Positions 33,232-45,200 of a stretch of 63,949 nt of DNA are shown here, piece by piece (position 1 is the stretch's first letter; the number at the start of each line of letters is the position of its first letter). The notes beneath the pieces are model-generated. The model worked only from the letters and a program-made list of their open reading frames with translations, did not search any database and had not been told where the DNA came from. Origin of the DNA: Phyllobates terribilis (Eukaryota); NCBI RefSeq assembly GCF_046119375.1, contig NW_027362772.1, positions 91,450,001 through 91,513,949 of the forward strand, written 5' to 3'. The position numbers and the translations under genes were made by a program.

Positions 33232-33270
33232 ATGAACGCAGCGGAGCAGACGCTGGAGGCGGTGATACAG
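33232..33270 (+). CDS. CROCC: CROCC coding exon 1
   Basis: MNAAEQTLEAVIQ resembles mammalian ELTLETVIQ; upstream in-frame TAA at 33172; weak donor GTCGGC. Confidence 0.8.
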
Positions 33271-36200
33271 GTCGGCCGAGTGTAGGCCGCGGAGGGAAGG
33301 GATGTGACCGCCGCAGCCACTCAGCCCCGCCGCCGCCGCCGATCACTTCCCCTCTTCTCTCCCGCTGCAGGCGCTCTCCGCCCATGTGATCGGATCCCGG
33401 GAAGACAAGACCCTCACAGTCCGCGGAGACTCTGCAGACCCCCGACCTGCCCGTCTGCCGGCGAGAATCCGAGAGATCGTCACCCGGAACCTGAGCCCCC
33501 CGCCCGGCGCTGGTGAGGACCCTGAGCCCAGGCCCCCTGTACCTCTATACCACCCCCGACCCGAGCCCCCCCCCCCCCTGTTCCTCCATATCCCCCCCTC
33601 AACCCGAGCCCGGTGGCCCCCTGTACCTCTATACACCCCCAAGCCCTGTGCCCCCCTGTACCTCTATACCCCCCGAGCCGTGTGCCCCCCTGTACCTCTA
33701 TACACCCCCCCGACCCGAGCCCTGTGCCCCCCTGTGGATTAGCGGCCAATCTGCTCAGGCCCATCCTCATCATCCTCCTCCTCCTCCCGGGCCCCCCTGT
33801 ACCTCTATACACCCCCCCGACCCGAGCCCGGTGCCCCCCGTACCTCTATACACCCCCCCCCGACCCGAGCCCTGTGCCCCCCTGTACCTCTATACCCACC
33901 CGAGCCTTGTGCCCCCCCTGTACCTGTATACACCCCCCCGACCCGAGCCCGGTGCCCCCCTGTACCTCTATACACCCCCCCCGACCTGAGCCCTGTGCCC
34001 CCCCCTGTACCTCTATACCCCCTCCGACCCAAGCCCTGTGCCCCCCCCCCTGTACCTCTATACACCCCCCCGACCCGAGCCCTGTGCCCCTCCCCCTGTA
34101 CCTCTATACACCCCCCCCCCCGACCCGAGCCTGGTGCCCCCCTGCACTCTGTACCCCCCCCCCCGACCTGAGCCCGCTGCCCCCCTGTACCTCTATACAC
34201 CCCCGAGCCCTGTGCCCCCCCGTACCTCTATACACCCCCCGAGCCCTGTGCCCCCCTGTACCTCTATACACCCCCCTGACCCGAGCCCGGTGCCCCCCCC
34301 TGTACCTCTATACCCCCCCCCCGACCCGAGCCCGGTGCGCCCCCCCCCTTGTACCTCTATACCCACCCGAGCCCGGTGCCCCCCTGTACCTCTATACCCC
34401 CCCGACCAGAGCCCAGTGCCCCCTGTACCTCTATACCCCCCCGACCCTAGCCCGGTGCCCCCCTGTACCTCTATACACCCCCAGAGCCCTATGCCCCCCT
34501 GTACCTCTATACACCCCCAGAGCCCTATGCCCCCCTGTACCTCTATACCCCCCGACCCGAGCTCTGTGCCCTCCTGTACTTCTATACCCCCCCCAACCCG
34601 AGCCCGGGGCCCCCCTGTACCTCTATACTCCCCCCGAGCCCGGGGCCCCCCCTATACCTCTATACACCCCCGACCCGAGCCCTGTGCCCCCCCCCTGTAC
34701 CTCTATACCCCCCCCGACCCGAGCCTGGTGCCCACCTGTACCTCTATACCCCCCCCGACCCGAGCCTGGTGCCCCCCTGTACCTCTATACCCCCCCCGAC
34801 CCGAGCCTGGTGCCCCCCTGTACCTCTATACACCCCCCGACCAGAGCCTCTTGTTCCTCTGTCACTCACCCCCCCCCTCTTGTTCCTCTGTCACTCGCCC
34901 CCCCCTCTTGTTCCTCTGTCACTCACCCCCCCCTCTTGTTCCTCTGTCACTCACCCCCCCCTCTTGTTCCTCTGTCACTCACCCCCCCCTCTTGTTCCTC
35001 TGTCACTCACCCCCCCTCTTGTTCCTCTGTCACTCACCCCCCCTCTTGTTCCTCTGTCACTCACCCCCCCTCTTGTTCCTCTGTGACTCACCCCCCCCTC
35101 TTGTTCCTCTGTGACTCACCCCCCCCTCTTGTTCCTCTGTGACTCACCCCCCCCTCTTGTTCCTCTGTCACTCACCCCCCCTCTTGTTCCTCTGTCACTC
35201 ACCCCCCCCCTCTTGTTCCTCTGTCACTCACCCCCCCCCTCTTGTTCCTCTGTCACTCACCCCCCCCCTCTTGTTCCTCTGTCACTCACCCCCCCCCTCT
35301 TGTTCCTCTGTCACTCACCCCCCCCCCTCTTGTTCCTCTGTCACTCACCCCCCCCCTCTTGTTCCTCTGTCACTCACCCCCCCCCTCTTGTTCCTCTGTC
35401 ACTCACCCCCCCCCTCTTGTTCCTCTGTCACTCACCCCCCCCTCTTGTTCCTCTGTCACTCACCCCCCCCCTCTTGTTCCTCTGTCACTCACCCCCCCCC
35501 TCTTGTTCCTCTGTCACTCACCCCCCCCCTCTTGTTCCTCTGTGTCCCCCCCCTCTTGTTCCTCTGTCACTCACCCCCCCCTCTTGTTCCTCTGTCACTC
35601 ACCCCCCCCCTCTTGTTCCTCTGTCACTCACCCCCCCCTCTTGTTCCTCTGTCACTCACCCCCCCCTCTTGTTCCTCTGTCACTCACCCCCCCCCTCTTG
35701 TTCCTCTGTGTCCCCCCCCTCTTGTTCCTCTGTCACTCACCCCCCCCTCTTGTTCCTCTGTCACTCACCCCCCCCTCTTGTTCCTCTGTCACTCACCCCC
35801 CCCTCTTGTTCCTCTGTCACTCACCCCCCCCTCTTGTTCCTCTGTCACTCACCCCCCCCTCTTGTTCCTCTGTCACTCACCCCCCCCCTCTTGTTCCTCT
35901 GTCACTCACCCCCCCCCTCTTGTTCCTCTGTCACTCACCCCCCCCTCTTGTTCCTCTGTCACTCACCCCCCCCCCTCTTGTTCCTCTGTGTCCCCCCCCT
36001 CTTGTTCCTCTGTCACTCACCCCCCCCCCTCTTGTTCCTCTGTGTCCCCCCCCTCTTGTTCCTCTGTGTCCCCCCCCTCTTGTTCCTCTGTCACTCACCC
36101 CCCCCTCTTGTTCCTCTGTCACTCCCCCCCCTCTTGTTCCTCTGTCACTCACCCCCCCCTCTTGTTCCTCTGTCACTCGCCCCCCCCTCTTGTTCCTCTG

Positions 36201-39200
36201 TCACTCGCCCCCCCCTCTTGTTCCTCTGTCACTCACCCCCCCCTCTTGTTCCTCTGTCACTCCCCCCCCCCTCTTGTTCCTCTGTCACTCCCCCCCCCCT
36301 CTTGTTCCTCTGTCACTCGCCCCCCCCTCTTGTTCCTCTGTCACTCGCCCCCCCCTCTTGTTCCTCTGTCACTCGCCCCCCCCTCTTGTTCCTCTGTCAC
36401 TCGCCCCCCCCTCTTGTTCCTCTGTCACTCGCCCCCCCCTCTTGTTCCTCTGTCACTCGCCCCCCCCTCTTGTTCCTCTGTCACTCGCCCCCCCCTCTTG
36501 TTCCTCTGTCACTCGCCCCCCCCTCTTGTTCCTCTGTCACTCACCCCCCCCTCTTGTTCCTCTGTCACTCACCCCCCCCTCTTGTTCCTCTGTCACTCAC
36601 CCCCCCCTCTTGTTCCTCTGTCACTCACCCCCCCCTCTTGTTCCTCTGTCACTCACCCCCCCCCTCTTGTTCCTCTGTCACTCGCCCCCCCCTCTTGTTC
36701 CTCTGTCACTCACCCCCCCCTCTTGTTCCTCTGTCACTCACCCCCCCCCTCTTGTTCCTCTGTCACTCACCCCCCCCTCTTGTTCCTCTGTCACTCACCC
36801 CCCCCTCTTGTTCCTCTGTCACTCACCCCCCCCTCTTGTTCCTCTGTCACTCACTCCCCCCTCTTGTTCCTCTGTCACTCACTCCCCCCTCTTGTTCCTC
36901 TGTCACTCACCCCCCCCTCTTGTTCCTCTGTCACTCACCCCCCCCTCTTGTTCCTCTGTCACTCACCCCCCCCTCTTGTTCCTCTGTCACTCACCCCCCC
37001 TCTTGTTCCTCTGTCACTCACCCCCCCCTCTTGTTCCTCTGTCACTCGCCCCCCCCTCTTGTTCCTCTGTCACTCACCCCCCCCTCTTGTTCCTCTGTCA
37101 CTCGCCCCCCCCTCTTGTTCCTCTGTCACTCGCCCCCCCTCTTGTTCCTCTGTCACTCGCCCCCCCCTCTTGTTCCTCTGTCACTCGCCCCCCCCTCTTG
37201 TTCCTCTGTCACTCGCCCCCCCCTCTTGTTCCTCTGTCACTCACTCCCCCCTCTTGTTCCTCTGTCACTCACTCCCCCCTCTTGTTCCTCTGTCACTCAC
37301 CCCCCCCTCTTGTTCCTCTGTCACTCGCCCCCCCCTCTTGTTCCTCTGTCACTCGCCCCCCCTCTTGTTCCTCTGTCACTCGCCCCCCCCTCTTGTTCCT
37401 CTGTCACTCACTCCCCCCTCTTGTTCCTCTGTCACTCACCCCCCCCTCTTGTTCCTCTGTCACTCGCCCCCCCTCTTGTTCCTCTGTCACTCGCCCCCCC
37501 CTCTTGTTCCTCTGTCACTCACCCCCCCCTCTTGTTCCTCTGTCACTCACCCCCCCCTCTTGTTCCTCTGTCACTCACTCCCCCCTCTTGTTCCTCTGTC
37601 ACTCACTCCCCCCTCTTGTTCCTCTGTCACTCACCCCCCCCTCTTGTTCCTCTGTCACTCACCCCCCCCTCTTGTTCCTCTGTCACTCACCCCCCCCTCT
37701 TGTTCCTCTGTGTCCCCCCCCTCTTGTTCCTCTGTCACTCGCCCCCCCCTCTTGTTCCTCTGTCACTCACCCCCCCTCTTGTTCCTCTGTCACTCACCCC
37801 CCCCTCTTGTTCCTCTGTCACTCGCCCCCCCCTCTTGTTCCTCTGTCACTCACCCCCCCCTCTTGTTCCTCTGTCACTCACCCCCCCCTCTTGTTCCTCT
37901 GTCACTCACCCCCCCCTCTTGTTCCTCTGTCACTCACCCCCCCCCTCTTGTTCCTCTGTCACTCGCCCCCCCCTCTTGTTCCTCTGTCACTCGCCCCCCC
38001 CTCTTGTTCCTCTGTCACTCGCCCCCCCCTCTTGTTCCTCTGTCACTCACCCCCCCCCTCTTGTTCCTCTGTGTCCCCCCCCTCTTGTTCCTCTGTCACT
38101 CGCCCCCCCCTCTTGTTCCTCTGTCACTCGCCCCCCCCTCTTGTTCCTCTGTCACTCGCCCCCCCCTCTTGTTCCTCTGTCACTCGCCCCCCCCTCTTGT
38201 TCCTCTGTCACTCACCCCCCCCTCTTGTTCCTCTGTGTCCCCCCCCTCTTGTTCCTCTGTCACTCACCCCCCCCTCTTGTTCCTCTGTCACTCACCCCCC
38301 CTCTTGTTCCTCTGTCACTCACCCCCCCCTCTTGTTCCTCTGTCACTCGCCCCCCCCTCTTGTTCCTCTGTCACTCACCCCCCCCTCTTGTTCCTCTGTC
38401 ACTCACCCCCCCCTCTTGTTCCTCTGTCACTCACCCCCCCCTCTTGTTCCTCTGTCACTCACCCCCCCCCTCTTGTTCCTCTGTCACTCGCCCCCCCCTC
38501 TTGTTCCTCTGTCACTCGCCCCCCCCTCTTGTTCCTCTGTCACTCGCCCCCCCCTCTTGTTCCTCTGTCACTCGCCCCCCCCTCTTGTTCCTCTGTCACT
38601 CACCCCCCCCCTCTTGTTCCTCTGTGTCCCCCCCCTCTTGTTCCTCTGTCACTCGCCCCCCCCTCTTGTTCCTCTGTCACTCGCCCCCCCCTCTTGTTCC
38701 TCTGTCACTCGCCCCCCCCTCTTGTTCCTCTGTCACTCGCCCCCCCCTCTTGTTCCTCTGTCACTCGCCCCCCCCTCTTGTTCCTCTGTCACTCGCCCCC
38801 CCCTCTTGTTCCTCTGTCACTCACCCCCCCCCTCTTGTTCCTCTGTCACTCGCCCCCCCCTCTTGTTCCTCTGTCACTCGCCCCCCCCTCTTGTTCCTCT
38901 GTCACTCACCCCCCCCTCTTGTTCCTCTGTCACTCACCCCCCCCTCTTGTTCCTCTGTCACTCACCCCCCCCCTCTTGTTCCTCTGTCACTCGCCCCCCC
39001 CTCTTGTTCCTCTGTCACTCGCCCCCCCCTCTTGTTCCTCTGTCACTCGCCCCCCCCTCTTGTTCCTCTGTCACTCGCCCCCCCCTCTTGTTCCTCTGTC
39101 ACTCGCCCCCCCCTCTTGTTCCTCTGTCACTCGCCCCCCCCTCTTGTTCCTCTGTCACTCGCCCCCCCGTCGTGTTCCTCTGTGTCCCCCGTCGTGTTCC

Positions 39201-42200
39201 TCTGTCCCCCCCTGTCTGTCACCCTCTGTGCCTCCTCTTTTGCCCCCTGCCGGCTCCGCCCCTGTAGTTTCGGGGTGATGTCGGCCCCTCGCTCCCTCTA
39301 TATCTGGGTTCTGATCAGTTGCTGGTAGATCGCAGCCTCTGCGGCCGCTGTAGCACTACAACTCCCAGCATGCTCACAGTGGACGTTGGCTTCGGGCTAC
39401 CAGTGTTCCAGGTGCCTCCTCCTACAGGGCGGCTCTTCTGACCGACTGCTGAGCCCCACTGGAGGGTGTTGGGGGTCCCGATGTCTGTGGTTCCCATCCC
39501 CCGCTGTGGCCCTTTACCCGGTGGTGCGGTGGGTGCGGGGGCCGCTCCCGCCGTTGCCTCAGCGCTGTGTTCTCGCCCCGTCCAGGTCTTGCTGCCGACA
39601 TGTCATCACTTCTGTCTCTACAAGAGGAGAACCGCCTCCTGCAGCAGGAGCTGTCGCGGGTGGAGGACCTGCTGGCGCAGAGCCGGGCGGAGCGGGACGA
39701 GCTGGCCATCAAATACAACGCCATCAGCGAGCGGGTAATAATATAATAATAATTATATGTACAGCTGGTATAACCTGGGCATCTCCTGTATATAATTATA
39801 TATGTACAGCTGGTATAACCTGGGCATCTCCTGTATATAATTATATATGTGCAGCTGGTATAACCTGGTATCTCCTGTATATAATTATATATGTACAGCC
39901 GGTATAACCTGGGCATCTCCTCTATATAATTATATGTGTACAGCCGGTATAACCTGGTATCTCCTGTATATAATTATATATGTACAGCTGGTATAACCTG
40001 GGCATCTCCTGTATATAATTATATATGTACAGCTGGTATAACCTGGGCATCTCCTGTATATAATTATATATGTACAGCTGGTATAACCTGGGCATCTCCT
40101 GTATATAATTATATATGTACAGCTGGTATAACCTGGGCATCTCCTGTATATAATGATATATGTACAGCTGGTATAACTTGGGCATCTCCTGTATATAATG
40201 ATATATGTACAGCCGGTATAACCTGGGCATCTCCTCTATATAATTATATGTGTACAGCCGGTATAACATGGGCATCTCCTGTATATAATTATATGTGTAC
40301 AGCCGGTATAACCTGGGCATCTCCTGTATATAATTATATATGTACAGCTGGTATAACCTGGGCATCTCCTGTATATAATTATATATGTACAGCTGGTATA
40401 ACCTGGGCATCTCCTGTATATAATTATATATGTACAGCTGGTATAACCTGGGCATCCCCTGTATATAATTATATATGTGCAGCTGGTATAACCTGGGCAT
40501 CTCCTGTATATAATTATATATGTACAGCCGGTATAACCTGGGCATCTCCTCTATATAATTATATGTGTACAGCCGGTATAACCTGGTATCTCCTGTATAT
40601 AATTATATATGTACAGCTGGTATAACCTGGGCATCTCCTGTATATAATGATATATGTACAGCTGGTATAACTTGGGCATCTCCTGTATATAATTATATAT
40701 GTACAGCCGGTATAACCTGGGCATCTCCTCTATATAATTATATGTGTACAGCCGGTATAACATGGGCATCTCCTGTATATAATTATATGTGTACAGCCGG
40801 TATAACCTGGGCATCTCCTGTATATAATTATATGTGTACAGCCGGTATAACCTGGGCATCTCCTGTATATAATTATATATGTACAGCTGGTATAACCTGG
40901 ACATCTCCTGTATATTATTATATATGTACAGCCGCTATAACCTGGGCATCTCCTGTATATAATTATATATGTGCGGCTGGTATAACCTGGGCATCTCCTG
41001 TATATAATTATATATGTGCGGCTGGTATAACCTGGGCATCTCCTGTATATAATTATATATGTACGGCTGGTATAACCTGGGCATCTCCTGTATATAATTA
41101 TATATGTACGGCTGGTATAACCTGGGCATCTCCTGTATATAATTATGTATGTACGGCTGGTATAACCTGGGCATCTCCTGTATATAATTATATATGTACG
41201 GCTGGTATAACCTGGGCATCTCCTGTATATAATTATATATGTACGGCTGGTATAACCTGGGCATCTCCTGTATATAATTATATATGTACAGCTGGTATAA
41301 CCTGGGCATCTCCTGTATATAATTATATATGTACAGCCGGTATAACCTGGGCATCTCCTGTATATAATTATATATGTACAGCCGGTATAACCTGGGCATC
41401 TCCTGTATATAATTATATATGTATAGCTGATATAACCTGGGCATCTCCTGTATATAATTATATGTGTACAGCCGGTATAACCTGGGCATCTCCTGTATAT
41501 AATTATATATGTACAGCTGGTATAACCTGGGCATCTCCTGTATATAATTATATATGTACAGCCGGTATAACCTGGGCATCTTCTGTATATAATTATATAT
41601 GTACAGCTGGTATAACCTGAGTATCTCCTGTATATAATTATATATGTATAGCTGGTATAACCTGGGCATCTCCTGTATATAATTATATATGTACAGCTGG
41701 TATAACCCGGGCATCTCCTGTATATAATTATATATGTACAGCTGGTATAACCTGGGCATCTCCTGTATATAATTATATATGTACAGCTGGTATAACCCGG
41801 GCATCTCCTGTATATAATTATATATGTACAGCTGGTATAACCTGGGCATCTTCTGTATATAATTATATATGTACAGCTGGTATAACCTGGGCATCTCCTG
41901 TATATAATTATATATGTACAGCTGGTATAACCTGGGCATCTCCTGTATATAATTATATATGTATAGCTGGTATAACCTGGGCATCTCCTGTATATAATTA
42001 TATATGTACAGCTGGTATAACCCGGGCATCTCCTGTATATAATTATATATGTACAGCTGGTATAACCTGGGCATCTCCTGTATATAATTATATATGTACA
42101 GCTGCTATAACCTGGACATCTCCTGTATATTATTATATATGTACAGCTGGTATAACCTGGGCATCTCCTGTATATAATTATATATGTACAGCCGGTATAA

Positions 42201-45200
42201 CCTGGGCATCTCCTGTATATAATTATATATGTATAGCTGATATAACCTGGGCATCTCCTGTATATAATTATATATGTATAGCTGATATAACCTGGGCATC
42301 TCCTGTATATAATTATATATGTATAGCTGATATAACCTGGGCATCTCCTGTATATAATTATATATGTACAGCTGGTATAACCTGGGCATCTCCTGTATAT
42401 AATTATATATGTACAGCCGGTATAACCTGGGCATCTCCTGTATATAATTATATATGTATAGCTGATATAACCCGGGCATCTCCTGTATATAATGATATAT
42501 GTACAGCCGGTATAACCTGGGCATCTCCTGTATATAATTATATATGTATAGCTGATATAACCTGGGCATCTCCTGTATATAATTATATATGTACAGCTGG
42601 TATAACCTGGGCATCTCCTGTATATAATTATATATGTATAGCTGATATAACCTGGGCATCTCCTGTATATAATTATATATGTATAGCTGATATAACCTGG
42701 GCATCTCCTGTATATTATTATATATGTACAGCCGGTATAACCTGGGCATCTCCTGTATATAATTATATATGTATAGCTGATATAACCTGGGCATCTCCTG
42801 TATATAATTATATATGTACAGCTGGTATAACCTGGGCATCTCCTGTATATAATTGTATATGTACAGCTGGTATAACCTGGGTATCTACTGTATATAATTA
42901 TATATGTACAGCTGGTATAACCTGGGCATCTCCTGTATATAATTATATATGTACAGCTGGTATAACCTGGGCATCTCCTGTATATAATTATATATGTATA
43001 GCTGATATAACCTGGGCATCTCCTGTATATAATTATATATGTATAGCTGATATAACCTGGGCATCTCCTGTATATAATTATATATGTACAGCCGGTATAA
43101 CCTGGGCATCTCCTCTATATAATTATATGTGTACAGCCGGTATAACCTGGGCATCTCCTGTATATAATTATATATGTACAGCTGGTATAACCCGGGTATC
43201 TCCTGTATATAATTATATATGTACAGCTGGTATAACCTGGACATCTCCTGTATATAATTATATGTGTACAGCCGGTATAACCTGGGCATGCTGTATATAA
43301 TTATATATGTACAGCCGGTATCACCCGGGCATCTCCTGTATATAATTATATATGTACAGCTGGTATAACCTGGACATCTCCTGTATATTATTATATATGT
43401 ACAGCTGGTATAACCTGGGCATCTCCTCTATATAATTATATGTGTACAGCTGGTATAACCTGGGCATCTCCTGTATATAATTATATATGTACAGCTGGTA
43501 TAACCTGGGCATCTCCTGTATATAATTATATATGTACAGCTGGTATAACCTGGGCATCTCCTGTATATAATTATATATGTATAGCTGATATAACCTGGGC
43601 ATCTCCTGTATATAATTATATATGTACAGCTGGTATAACCCGGGCATCTCCTGTATATAATTATATATGTACAGCTGGTATAACCTGGGCTTCTCTGTAT
43701 ATAATGATATATGCACAGCTGGTATAACCTGGACATCTCCTGTATATTATTATATATGTACAGCTGGTATAACCCGGGCATCTCCTGTATATAATTATAT
43801 GTGTACAGCTGGTATAACCTGGGCATCTCCTGTATATAATTATATATGTACAGCTGGTATAACCTGGGCATCTCCTGTATATAATTATATATGTACAGCT
43901 GGTATAACCTGGGCATCTCCTGTATATAATTATATATGTATAGCTGATATAACCTGGGCATCTCCTGTATATAATTATATATGTACAGCTGGTATAACCC
44001 GGGCATCTCCTGTATATAATTATATATGTACAGCTGGTATAACCTGGGCTTCTCTGTATATAATGATATATGCACAGCTGGTATAACCTGGACATCTCCT
44101 GTATATTATTATATATGTACAGCTGGTATAACCCGGGCATCTCCTCTATATAATTATATGTGTACAGCTGGTATAACCTGGGCATCTCCTGTATATAATT
44201 ATATATGTACAGCTGGTATAACCTGGGCATCTCCTGTATATAATTATATATGTACAGCTGGTATAACCTGGGCATCTCCTGTATATAATTATATATGTAT
44301 AGCTGATATAACCTGGGCATCTCCTGTATATAATTATATATGTACAGCTGGTATAACCCGGGCATCTCCTGTATATAATTATATATGTACAGCTGGTATA
44401 ACCTGGGCTTCTCTGTATATAATGATATATGCACAGCTGGTATAACCTGGACATCTCCTGTATATTATTATATATGTACAGCTGGTATAACCCGGGCATC
44501 TCCTGTATATAATTATATATGTACAGCTGGTATAACCTGGGCTTCTCTGTATATAATGATATATGCACAGCTGGTATAACCTGGGCATATCCTGTATATA
44601 CACTGTCTTGAAAAGTCTTCACACCCCGTGACCTTTTTCCTGTTACACCACAAACATAAATGTATTTTATTGGGATTTTCTGTGATAGAAAGTAACGAGT
44701 ATTAGTGACGAGTGAGGAAATGATACGAGGTCACTGATTATTATATAAACCTGACCATTGTGAGGGGCGTTATATTCAGCCCCTGAGTCAGTGCATTATA
44801 GGACCACCTCTCGCTGCAGTCTTTTGCGGTCTGTCTCTCCCACCTCTCGCTGCAGTCTTTTGCGGTCTGTCTCTCCCACCTCTCGCTGCAGTCTTTTGGG
44901 GTCTGTCACTCCCACCTCTCGCTGCAGTCTTTTGGGGTCTGTCACTCCCACCTCTCGCTGCAGTCTTTTGGGGTCTGTCACTCCCACCTCTCGCTGCAGT
45001 CTTTTGGGGTCTGTCTCTCCCACCTTTCTCTGCAGTCTTTTGGGGTCTGTCTCTCCAGCTTTCTCTGCAGTCTTTTGGGGTCTGTCTCTCCAGCTTTCTC
45101 TGCAGTCTTTTGGGGTCTGTCTCTCCAGCTTTCTCTGCAGTCTTTTGGGGTCTGTCTCTCCAGCTTTCTCTGCACTCTTTTGGAGTCTGTCTCTCCAGCT

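Noticed and set aside
33613-39328. Pro/Leu/Ser/Cys-rich ORFs up to 1405 aa
   Set aside because: All three frames are open because the C/T-rich repeat lacks stops; it lies in CROCC intron 2.
39922-44622. (MPRLYQLYIYNYIQE)n and (CTAGITWASPVYNYI)n ORFs
   Set aside because: These are 45-bp repeat translations on both strands with no domain signature, and they are intronic.
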